Source of the DNA: Acaryochloris thomasi RCC1774
GTDB lineage: Bacteria > Cyanobacteriota > Cyanobacteriia > Thermosynechococcales > Thermosynechococcaceae
Length of the DNA: 32,000 nucleotides
NCBI RefSeq assembly: GCF_003231495.1
Contig: NZ_PQWO01000012.1
Location: 120,001 to 152,000, forward strand
Direction: 5' to 3'
Shown here: positions 24,334 through 32,000 of the stretch, one piece after another
Position numbering within the stretch: position 1 is the first letter of the stretch
How the letters are laid out: each line of letters opens with the position of its first letter
Translations under genes and position numbers: made by a program
Notes under the pieces: model-generated
Databases searched by the model: none
Seen by the model: only the letters and a program-made list of their open reading frames with translations
What the model was told of the DNA's origin: nothing

Positions 24334-26706
24334 TTAAGTACTGGGCGATGTCTGTAGAGCCTGCTCCATGAGCCGGATATGAATACCTGGGTCGTCGCCT
24401 TGAGCTTGGCGTTGAACATATTCGCCACTCGCCTGCAGTTCCCAGGCTTGGCGCGTGTCTGCCAGCATCTGCTGTAGCAGATTATAGAGTCGAGTCACCA
24501 GAGCCGGATCTTCGATCGGGACAACAGCCTCTACTCGCCGATCCAAATTTCTAGCCCGCCAATCAGCACTGCCGATTAAAACCGTCGGGTCACCCTGGTT
24601 CTCGAAATAGAAGATGCGATCGTGTTCTAAGAACCGCCCAATAATGCTAGTTACCCGAATATTCTCGCTTACCCCTGGTACCCCCGGACGCAGGCTACAG
24701 ATTCCCCGAATAATCAGGTCAATTTCGACTCCAGCTTGAGAGGCCCGGTAGAGGGCCATAATTATTTTTTTGTCGATCAGGGCGTTCATTTTGGCAATAA
24801 TGCGGCCCGACTTGCCCGCTTCTTGATGAGCAATCTCTCGTTCAATTAGGGCATAGGTGCGATCTCGCAGGCTCACTGGGGCCACCAACAACTTACGATA
24901 CTGCTGCTGTCGAGCAAAGCCAGTGAGATAGTTGAACAAGTCTGTCAGATCAGCGCCTAAATCCTCTCGGCAGCTCAGCAGTCCCAAGTCAGTGTACAAG
25001 CGCGCCGTTTTAGGATTGTAGTTGCCGGTCCCAATATGCACATAGCGACGAATTCTCTGCTTCTCTCGCCGGACCACTAAAGCAACTTTAGTATGGATTT
25101 TTAGGCCCACAATCCCATAGACCACGTGCACGCCAACTTTCTCTAGTTTTCGTGCCCATTGAATATTGTTTTCTTCATCAAATCGAGCCTTTAGCTCAAC
25201 CAAAACTATCACCTGCTTACCGTTTTCAGCAGCGGCAATCAGGCTACTAACAATCGGCGAACCCACCATTGCTGCATCGCCATCAGTACGATATAGAGTC
25301 ATTTTGATGGTCAGAACATCTGGGTCGTGAGCTGCCTGAGTAATGAAGCGCAAAACCGTCGCCGAGAAAGATTCGTAGGGATGATGAACCAATAAGTCCC
25401 GCTCTTGGACCACTGAGAAGATATCGGCCTGATCATCTTCCATGGGCTTATCGAACTTATCAAGTTGCTGGAGAGGCTTCGGTACCGTTGGCACCCAAGA
25501 TGCCTGTTGAAATTGTGGGAAGGGAAGGCTGGCAATCCCCATCAAATTATGGAGACCGATCGGTCCTTCAACGGCGTAAACATCGCTCTCGCACAGGCCC
25601 AGTTCCTGCATCAACTTTTGGCGCATGAAGTCCGGCGTACCGTCCTGGATCTCCACTCGGACCACAGAGCCAAATCGTCGCTTCCGTAGCTCTTGTTCGA
25701 TCGCTTCTAAGAGATCGTCAGCCTCGTCTTCTTCTAGATCTAGATCAGCATTTCGGGTAATTCGGAAGGGATAGCAGGCTTCTATGACCATGCCCGAAAA
25801 TAAAGACTGCAGGTTGTGGGCGATCACCTGCTCAATCGTTACTCCCACCCACTCGCAGCCATTTTCACTCAGTCCCGGCATAGAGATAAACCGAGGCAAC
25901 ATATTCGGAACCTTCACCCGCGCAAAGTGGGATTCTCCCATATGTTCATCTTTAACAATCACCGCCAAGCTAAGGCTGAGATTGGAGATATAGGGAAACG
26001 GATGCCCTGGATCGACCGCAAGAGGAGTCAGAACGGGGAAAATCTGCTCTAGAAAATACTGCTCTAGATAGGTTACTTGTCGTTCGCTCAGGTCAGAATA
26101 GTTAACCAAGCAAATCCCAATTTCAGCCAGTTGGGGAATCAGATCTTGATTAAAGTAGCGATGCTGTCGCGCCACCTCTGGCTCAAGTTGGTCACGGATC
26201 GCATCAAGCTGCTCTTTGGGGGTCAATCCATCGTGCGATCGCTGTGTAATCCCAGCTTCGACCAGTCGCTTTAAACCTGAGACGCGCACCATGAAGTATT
26301 CGTCTAAATTCGAGCTGTAGATCGCTAAAAACTTCAGCTTTTCCAGCAGCAGTGTGCGCTGATCGAAAGCCTCATGCAGAACCCGTTGATTAAACTGCAG
26401 CCAGCTAATTTCACGATTGAAGTAATACTCAGGTGCCGCGATGTTCTGACCGCTGCTGGGAGTTGCACTCACTTGCTGCTGAGCAATCGACTGCTCAGCA
26501 GGTTTATTGCTCGGAGCACCATGACTATTAAGCGCAGCAAGGCTATCATTGCTGGCCATTGCTCGAAGTTGACTTGCTTCTGAGGAGGTAACGGAGCTAC
26601 AGGCGGTACGGGCTTCTATGTCTAGCTGCTGACATAATTCTAAGACCTCCTTTGATTGCAGGCTTAATTCTCGACTCAGCTCATAGATTCGGACGTTGTC
26701 GTTCAT
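24334..26706 (-). CDS. ppk1: Polyphosphate kinase 1 with an N-terminal IF2_N-like extension
   Basis: I prefer the ATG at 26706 (GGAGAG about 10 nt upstream) over the TTG at 26790. PPK N-domain YYFNREISWLQFNQRVLHEA, autophospho-His context LKIHTKVALVVRRE, and two PLD-like C-terminal domains (GTGNYNPKTARLYTDLGL; IGRFLEHDRIFYF; IGSADWRARNL). Confidence 0.92.
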   Translation of the reverse strand: MNDNVRIYELSRELSLQSKEVLELCQQLDIEARTACSSVTSSEASQLRAMASNDSLAALNSHGAPSNKPAEQSIAQQQVSATPSSGQNIAAPEYYFNREISWLQFNQRVLHEAFDQRTLLLEKLKFLAIYSSNLDEYFMVRVSGLKRLVEAGITQRSHDGLTPKEQLDAIRDQLEPEVARQHRYFNQDLIPQLAEIGICLVNYSDLSERQVTYLEQYFLEQIFPVLTPLAVDPGHPFPYISNLSLSLAVIVKDEHMGESHFARVKVPNMLPRFISMPGLSENGCEWVGVTIEQVIAHNLQSLFSGMVIEACYPFRITRNADLDLEEDEADDLLEAIEQELRKRRFGSVVRVEIQDGTPDFMRQKLMQELGLCESDVYAVEGPIGLHNLMGIASLPFPQFQQASWVPTVPKPLQQLDKFDKPMEDDQADIFSVVQERDLLVHHPYESFSATVLRFITQAAHDPDVLTIKMTLYRTDGDAAMVGSPIVSSLIAAAENGKQVIVLVELKARFDEENNIQWARKLEKVGVHVVYGIVGLKIHTKVALVVRREKQRIRRYVHIGTGNYNPKTARLYTDLGLLSCREDLGADLTDLFNYLTGFARQQQYRKLLVAPVSLRDRTYALIEREIAHQEAGKSGRIIAKMNALIDKKIIMALYRASQAGVEIDLIIRGICSLRPGVPGVSENIRVTSIIGRFLEHDRIFYFENQGDPTVLIGSADWRARNLDRRVEAVVPIEDPALVTRLYNLLQQMLADTRQAWELQASGEYVQRQAQGDDPGIHIRLMEQALQTSPST

Positions 26707-27056
26707 TCCCTGTGGTCTCTCCGCAATTGACGAATGGCTGGGTAGCAATGGACAAACTTTGATTGACTGGCACAATACGAGGGCTAGCAAACGCAGCTAT
26801 TTCAAGGGCTGTGCCACTCATGACGTTTCTGGGTCACTGCTAAGCCTGGGTATTGTAGGGGTAAAGGGGAAATAATGCCTGTATCCCTCATCACTCAAAG
26901 CTTCAAATGCCTCAGAATAGGCCCGAAGGCACTGGGGTGCCGTTCTCAAAATCGAGTGCTATATTGGAACCTCAGCCGGGGGGTAATTGATAGCAGTGGT
27001 GTCTTTCACCATTCTAGAATTGTCCACTCTATTGGATTTGCTCCAGGTTGTGCTTC

Positions 27057-27716
27057 ATGATGGTAGCTTCTCAAACATCCGTATCCCAACAACATTCATC
27101 CTGCTACACAGACGAGGGATTGATCCAGCGCTTCGTTGATGGATTCATCCAGGGAAACCCTATTTTATTATCAAATCCCAATCTGCGGACTGAGCCTCTG
27201 TTCAAGAGTATGCAGTTGATTGCAGGCCATGATGTGATCGCGACAGCTTATTTGCAAGACCCGCCCATCCGCGCTGTTGTGCACCACGGCTCACCCTACA
27301 GCTCGATCCTCAAGCAGGCATTACTCGCTGAGAATTTTTATCCCCTCGCTCGCACGGGGCAAAGTCAGCAGTATGTCTATCAATATTGTCTTCCTCCCGA
27401 GGGGTATGAGCTCCGCTGTACGACAGCTAAAGAGCTGTGGCGTGTTTGTTGGGGCCGAGGGTTTAGCCTCCGCTCTGGAATCCCCCTCGATTTACTCGTT
27501 TGGGGCGGCGCTTCTAGCCGCAATCATGAAAACTGGCGCTCTCTCAGAGGAATAGACTGCGATCAAGGTAAGCTGCAGCTCAAGCTTCTAGGTGGAAGTC
27601 TTGCGATCGCAAGTTCTGATCTTGTCGTGTGGGCTCAGCAAAAATCCTCACACCCCTCTCCCAGAGAGCAGCGCACAAGACCGAACCTACGAGGATACTA
27701 TCGACTGCGCAACTGA
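27057..27716 (+). CDS. Hypothetical protein
   Basis: ORF of about 220 aa with ATG at 27057 or 27060 (TTG at 27048 in the track). No motif recognised. Its stop is 25 nt from the convergent CHASE2 kinase stop. Confidence 0.55.
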   Translation: MMVASQTSVSQQHSSCYTDEGLIQRFVDGFIQGNPILLSNPNLRTEPLFKSMQLIAGHDVIATAYLQDPPIRAVVHHGSPYSSILKQALLAENFYPLARTGQSQQYVYQYCLPPEGYELRCTTAKELWRVCWGRGFSLRSGIPLDLLVWGGASSRNHENWRSLRGIDCDQGKLQLKLLGGSLAIASSDLVVWAQQKSSHPSPREQRTRPNLRGYYRLRN

Positions 27717-27741
27717 TGCCTCAGCAGAGATCGACGTAATC

Positions 27742-30543
27742 TCAAGCGGTCGACTGTAGCTGCTGAGCCTCCTGTGCAAGCGTCATGATTTGCCAGAACT
27801 CAAACTCTTTAACCGTTTGCTTGAGGGCATTGGTAAGATCAAGCTGTACCTCTGGAATCTGCTCAATGAGGGTCAAAATGGCACTGGCATCAAGACGCTG
27901 TGCGGCCCAGTCTAATTGTGTTAACCAGTCCGTTGGCATGTGAGCAAGTTGCTCCGCAGAGAGGGACTCTAAGACACTCTCATGGGTTCCAAAAGACCGC
28001 ACTGACGGGCTGAGAGGGTCTTCTTCATAAAGATACTGCACGCCCAAGTGCTCCGCTAGAGCCGTAAAAATCGTCTCTTCTTGAAAGGGCTTATAAATAC
28101 AGTCATGGCACCCAGCCGCAAGAGCACGGGTTCGCTCTTGCTCAAATGCATTCGTGCTCAAGGCGATCACGACCCCCTGCGGCGGCTCTTCCAGCGCGGT
28201 GAGATGCTGGAGCACCCTTTCTCCACCCTCAGAGGGCAGTTGAAGATCAAGGAACACCGCATCAGGGTGCCAACTTTGACAAGCGGCAATCACCTCGGCC
28301 CCGCTCTCAACCGTTCGTACTTCAAAACCCACCAGCTCCAACAGTGCCCCTAATAAATTCCGACTTTCCCAGCGCCCCTCAGCCACTAAAATTCGGTAAA
28401 CAGGTTGAAGGGGAGCAATACCGACCACTCGTTGAGATCTTTGCGGGACTCGGTTCTCAGCCATCGGCTGCACAGGTAAAATAAGACTAACAGTTGTGCC
28501 TTTATCTGGCGCGCTAGCAACGGCAAGTTTGCCCTGCATCAGCTGCGCAAACTGTTGACTGATCGCAAGACCCAGTCCTGTCCCTTTCTGAGCTTGTTTC
28601 CCTGTTCTCGTTTGGATAAACGGCTCAAAAATCTGCTGGAGTTCTTCCGGTTCTATACCGGGTCCTGTATCCTCGACCTCAAAGTAGAGATAGCAGGCTG
28701 TGGGGGAAGTTTCGCGCCCATCAAGACTCTCTATTATGTCGGTAATCTGATCTTGTTCCGCCAGCTGAACACGTAGGGTTACACCACCCGAACGGGTGAA
28801 TTTGATCGCATTGCTCAGCAAATTAATCAGGATCTGCCGTAGGCGATTCTGATCTGTCGCCATGTGTTGTGGCACGTCAGAGGCCCACTGAATTAGAAAC
28901 TGCAGGCCCTTTGTTTTAGCTTCGAGCTGCAGCATCTCCTTTAAAGTTTGCAGAAGGCGATAGAGGTCCATGCGGTCAGAACTGAGTGTCATCTGCCCCG
29001 CTTCAATTTTGGAGAGGACTAAAACATCGTCAATCAGGCTCAGTAGATGTTCGCCACTGTGGCTGATAATCTCAGTGCGTTCTCTCTGAGTGACATCTAA
29101 ATTGACGTCACGGATCATCAACTGTGTGAACCCTAAAATAGCATTCAAAGGCGTTCTGAGTTCATGGCTCATGTTTGCCAGAAAACGGCTTTTAGCCTGA
29201 TTGGCATCATCTGCGGCTTCCTTGGCCTGTGCCAATGCTTGGGTTCGTTCAGCAACGCGAACTTCTAGCGTTTTCGCATAGCCCCGTAGCTGCTGATTCA
29301 CCTGTGCCAACTGAGTATTGGCAACTTCTAACCGTTCTTGCTTATGCCAGCTGATGGCTGCAATCCCGCTGAAGAGCAGCGCAGCTAAGGGCGGAACAAC
29401 GGGAATCAACCAGCCATTGAGAAAAGCCCAATAGGTACTGCCGATCAAAATGCTCGTGGCCGATAGGATGCCGCCCACCTCTCTGAGTCCAAAGAGTACC
29501 TTTTGGCTAGCATTTGCCCGATCCAAACACAGGCCGCCAACACTGCCGATACTCGCCCAGACAAGTACCCAAAACCACTGCCCGGGAATGGGCCACCCCC
29601 GCAGCAACAAGCGCCCCGACTTGGCCGACTGAATCATCTGGCTGGCTAAATTAGCATGAATTACAACACCCGCCATTGGTTCAGCATCCGTGAACCAGGT
29701 GCGATTGCCGTAGGGAGTACCAAAAAAATCATTGGTGCTCACCGCCGTCGATCCAATCAAGACAATGCGATCTCGAATGGCTGCTTCAGGAACCTGTCCA
29801 TTTAATACCTCTGTCAGCGAGAAGGTCTGAAATCGAGAGATAGGGCCGCGCCAGTTCATGAGGATTTGATACCCGCCCCCCTCCCGTGGCTTGTACCCCA
29901 CCTCAGCAGGTTTTAGGGGCGTAAAGACAGCTTTACCAATCCGAATCTCTTCGCCATCGCTCTCCTGTGCTGTAATCCCTTGCTCCTGAAGATGTCGGAA
30001 CGCCACGTGTACTGATAGCGCATGTTTATCCACACCCTGCACAGGATCTTCGACGGTCAACAAACCCCGCCTGATTTTACGGTCAGGATCGGTCAAGAAA
30101 TCAGCAAAGCCGACCTGTCCAGCTTTTTCTAGAATTGAGGGCGGTGCCACGCGCTGATTACCAAGAATTGTCTCAACCCCAATTAAGTTTGGCGTTGACC
30201 GAAAGACCTCCAGCAGCGCCTGGTGTCCGGTCCCTTCTGGCAAATCTCGATAGAGATCAAGCCCCATCACGCTCGGACCAAGCGCCCGCAGCTGCGTCAG
30301 AGCTTTCGCTAAAGTGGCATCAGGAATCGGCCAATCACCAATTGCAGTCAGATCGGCTTCATCAATGGTAACGATCACGATTTCGGCTTCGGTACTCTCT
30401 TGAGAGCGCAAACGAAAGAACAGATCGTGGGAGGCCCACTCTAGGAGCCGAAAAATGCCTAGGGCATCACTACCCAGAACCAAAACGGTAACAATAGGGG
30501 CAATGAAAAGTGCACCTCGCCATCGCCAAGACTTGAGGTCCAC
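27742..30543 (-). CDS. CHASE2-domain hybrid sensor histidine kinase (CHASE2, 3 TM, coiled coil, HisKA, HATPase_c, receiver, helical tail)
   Basis: GTG start at 30543. N-terminal TM, then an extracytoplasmic domain of about 300 aa with CHASE2-like blocks ([11 protein letters not shown]..., [23 protein letters not shown]). Three TM helices follow. H-box [17 protein letters not shown]-box [10 protein letters not shown]-boxes DTGPGIE and [10 protein letters not shown]. Receiver with FLDLQLP / ALST / YKPF. Confidence 0.9.
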   Translation of the reverse strand: MDLKSWRWRGALFIAPIVTVLVLGSDALGIFRLLEWASHDLFFRLRSQESTEAEIVIVTIDEADLTAIGDWPIPDATLAKALTQLRALGPSVMGLDLYRDLPEGTGHQALLEVFRSTPNLIGVETILGNQRVAPPSILEKAGQVGFADFLTDPDRKIRRGLLTVEDPVQGVDKHALSVHVAFRHLQEQGITAQESDGEEIRIGKAVFTPLKPAEVGYKPREGGGYQILMNWRGPISRFQTFSLTEVLNGQVPEAAIRDRIVLIGSTAVSTNDFFGTPYGNRTWFTDAEPMAGVVIHANLASQMIQSAKSGRLLLRGWPIPGQWFWVLVWASIGSVGGLCLDRANASQKVLFGLREVGGILSATSILIGSTYWAFLNGWLIPVVPPLAALLFSGIAAISWHKQERLEVANTQLAQVNQQLRGYAKTLEVRVAERTQALAQAKEAADDANQAKSRFLANMSHELRTPLNAILGFTQLMIRDVNLDVTQRERTEIISHSGEHLLSLIDDVLVLSKIEAGQMTLSSDRMDLYRLLQTLKEMLQLEAKTKGLQFLIQWASDVPQHMATDQNRLRQILINLLSNAIKFTRSGGVTLRVQLAEQDQITDIIESLDGRETSPTACYLYFEVEDTGPGIEPEELQQIFEPFIQTRTGKQAQKGTGLGLAISQQFAQLMQGKLAVASAPDKGTTVSLILPVQPMAENRVPQRSQRVVGIAPLQPVYRILVAEGRWESRNLLGALLELVGFEVRTVESGAEVIAACQSWHPDAVFLDLQLPSEGGERVLQHLTALEEPPQGVVIALSTNAFEQERTRALAAGCHDCIYKPFQEETIFTALAEHLGVQYLYEEDPLSPSVRSFGTHESVLESLSAEQLAHMPTDWLTQLDWAAQRLDASAILTLIEQIPEVQLDLTNALKQTVKEFEFWQIMTLAQEAQQLQSTA

Positions 30544-30550
30544 TACCGAC

Positions 30551-31288
30551 CTACTGCAGAACGTTTGACGTCGTCAAGGTGTCAAGTTCCTGGGGATTTA
30601 GGGCTGTCCATCCCAAAAAGTTACGCCAGGATTGAGCAATCTCAGAATTCTGAGGCTGCTGCCGTTTGAGCTGCGTCAGAGTTGCGATGGTGTCGTACCA
30701 AAAGCCAGCTTCTCCTAAGGAAATCGCCTGAGCGATGGAGGGAGCCTGAGCCACAATCGTTGCAACAGATGCATTTGGTATTACTCTTTGAACCCAACCA
30801 TCAATAAAGGGGCTGCTGGGCCGCAGTTCTCCATTACACTTCACGGCTAAAAACCATTGATAATGCTTGCTTGGTTCAAGGGCTGGGGCTTGCGCAGGAA
30901 GCTGGAAACTGAAGAGACCCGCTTTCCCTGAGATCGGTAAGCTCGTTTCAAAATGAAGCTGCTTTGCTTCATCTTTGAGGCTGAAAAAAACTTCTGTAGC
31001 CGAGGTTTCTGGCAGGTAGGCCACAATTGTGGGGCGCTCTACAGCAGTTAGACCATAATGACTTTCCGGCAGGAGCGCTTTAACCGAAGCCGATTCCGCA
31101 GTGGCAGCCGAGTCACACAACCCACCTCGCGACGCACCTTGAGAAGTTGAAGCACGACGAGGGGCAGGTTTATCAGAAGGCGATTTAAAGGGAATATTGA
31201 CGCTGGCGGCTGCCATCGGAGCCATTGCCCAACTGCCCATGGTCAAAACCATGCTCCCTAGGGCTAGTACTGGAGTCGTACGATACAT
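30551..31288 (-). CDS. DUF928-like secreted protein
   Basis: I prefer the ATG at 31288 (AAGGGG 6 nt upstream); ATG at 31318 is the alternative. Signal peptide ...[10 protein letters not shown] basic Gly/Arg N-terminal stretch [18 protein letters not shown] and [10 protein letters not shown] match my memory of DUF928. The stop is 7 nt before the kinase start. Confidence 0.72.
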   Translation of the reverse strand: MYRTTPVLALGSMVLTMGSWAMAPMAAASVNIPFKSPSDKPAPRRASTSQGASRGGLCDSAATAESASVKALLPESHYGLTAVERPTIVAYLPETSATEVFFSLKDEAKQLHFETSLPISGKAGLFSFQLPAQAPALEPSKHYQWFLAVKCNGELRPSSPFIDGWVQRVIPNASVATIVAQAPSIAQAISLGEAGFWYDTIATLTQLKRQQPQNSEIAQSWRNFLGWTALNPQELDTLTTSNVLQ

Positions 31289-31531
31289 ATAGGTCCCCTT
31301 CGTCAATCTGTTCACCATGCCTAAAAATAATTTAAAGTCAATAATTAAAGGCTCTGTCTAGTAGTGAAGCCAACAGCTCATGGATTTAGGCGACTCAAAA
31401 GCCAGATGACAACTGCTAATATATTGCTTGTCAATTAATCAATACTGCAATCTACAGTACTATTCTATTCCTAGTGTGCACTCTAATCTTTTAAATCGCC
31501 AGCTTATGGGTGTGGAAAACACTCTTTTTAC

Positions 31532-32000
31532 CTATAGCCAATTACCTACCAATATAAAGGGTGCCCAGAAAAAAGGAGCGTCATAATCACTCTCTGACAA
31601 TAACGATAGCTGAGCTTGTCTGAGGGCTTCAGCTTTAGTGATTCCTGGGATCTTCAGGGACTGATAAAACTGGCGCATGAAGGTTGCTGTTGATTGATCT
31701 CGAACGGACCAAAGCGTTGCCAGTGTGGCACGGGCACCTGAGCGAACGGCCAATCCGGCCAATCCCAGTACCGCTTTGTCGTCTCCCGCTGCTGTTTGAC
31801 AGGCACTGAGAACTAATAGCTCAATTGCTTGAGAATTTTGTGTTCCCTGTCTAGAAAGCAGTGCACTCAAATCTTGAATATTAAGTCGTCCTTCCCAGGT
31901 CAAAAGGAAGGTCTCAGATGCGTTAGAACTAAACTGCCCGTGGGTTGCCAAATGGACAATGCTAGCGGGTTCTTCGGTAACGCGTTCGGCTAATTTCGGT
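31532..32000 (-). CDS. CHAT-domain (caspase-like) protease, C-terminal part; the N-terminus lies beyond the window
   Basis: The frame stays open to base 32000, and the 'M' at 31951 is an internal TTG. Caspase-type dyad context (L)ATHGQF (His) and LVLSACQTAAGD (Cys). C-terminal APFILVGNWL is typical of CHAT proteins. Confidence 0.85.
   Translation of the reverse strand, partial: PKLAERVTEEPASIVHLATHGQFSSNASETFLLTWEGRLNIQDLSALLSRQGTQNSQAIELLVLSACQTAAGDDKAVLGLAGLAVRSGARATLATLWSVRDQSTATFMRQFYQSLKIPGITKAEALRQAQLSLLSESDYDAPFFWAPFILVGNWL

Larger units (their letters stand above)
135..27610. repeat. HIP1 (highly iterated palindrome GCGATCGC), 20 dispersed copies
   Basis: Exact octamers start at 135, 1375, 3556, 4063, 4780, 8506, 8930, 11187, 12711, 14029, 18204, 18683, 18941, 19465, 19935, 21975, 23463, 23800, 26235 and 27603 (counted by eye). 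Confidence 0.9.

Noticed and set aside
26707-26790. TTG start (26790) for ppk1
   Set aside because: The extra 28 residues (MLALVLCQSIKVCPLLPSHSS...) look non-native. The ATG at 26706 has an SD-like GGAGAG and begins exactly at the IF2_N-like domain.

Overview
This window looks like cyanobacterial chromosome. The evidence is 20 copies of the HIP1 octamer GCGATCGC, a tRNA-Leu(UAA) gene split by the classic group I intron, and a ycf19/yggT homologue. I support about 33 protein genes. Housekeeping genes are gcvT-gcvH, nei, upp, surE, ppk1, a DnaJ-type co-chaperone, a GT4 glycosyltransferase and an AI-2E transporter. They are interleaved with secreted, membrane and signalling genes of unknown role. 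Three regions deserve most attention. (1) At the right end (27.7-32 kb, minus strand) three genes sit in a row: a CHAT caspase-like protease (truncated by the window edge), a DUF928-like secreted protein, and a CHASE2 hybrid histidine kinase whose start lies 7 nt after the DUF928 stop. No function is established for this module. (2) At 15.4-19.8 kb a small lipoprotein carries four DPCGA cysteine repeats. It is divergent from an apparent operon encoding a 3-His cupin (cysteine-dioxygenase type), a histidine kinase, an OmpR-type regulator and a polysaccharide deacetylase. (3) The ppk1 gene carries an N-terminal IF2_N-like domain. Other items are an orphan minus-strand intrinsic terminator upstream of an Rpn-type nuclease gene, a serine hydrolase with a large insertion, and a secreted S1 protease-TPR fusion. 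All family calls come from motif recognition by eye; no database search was run.
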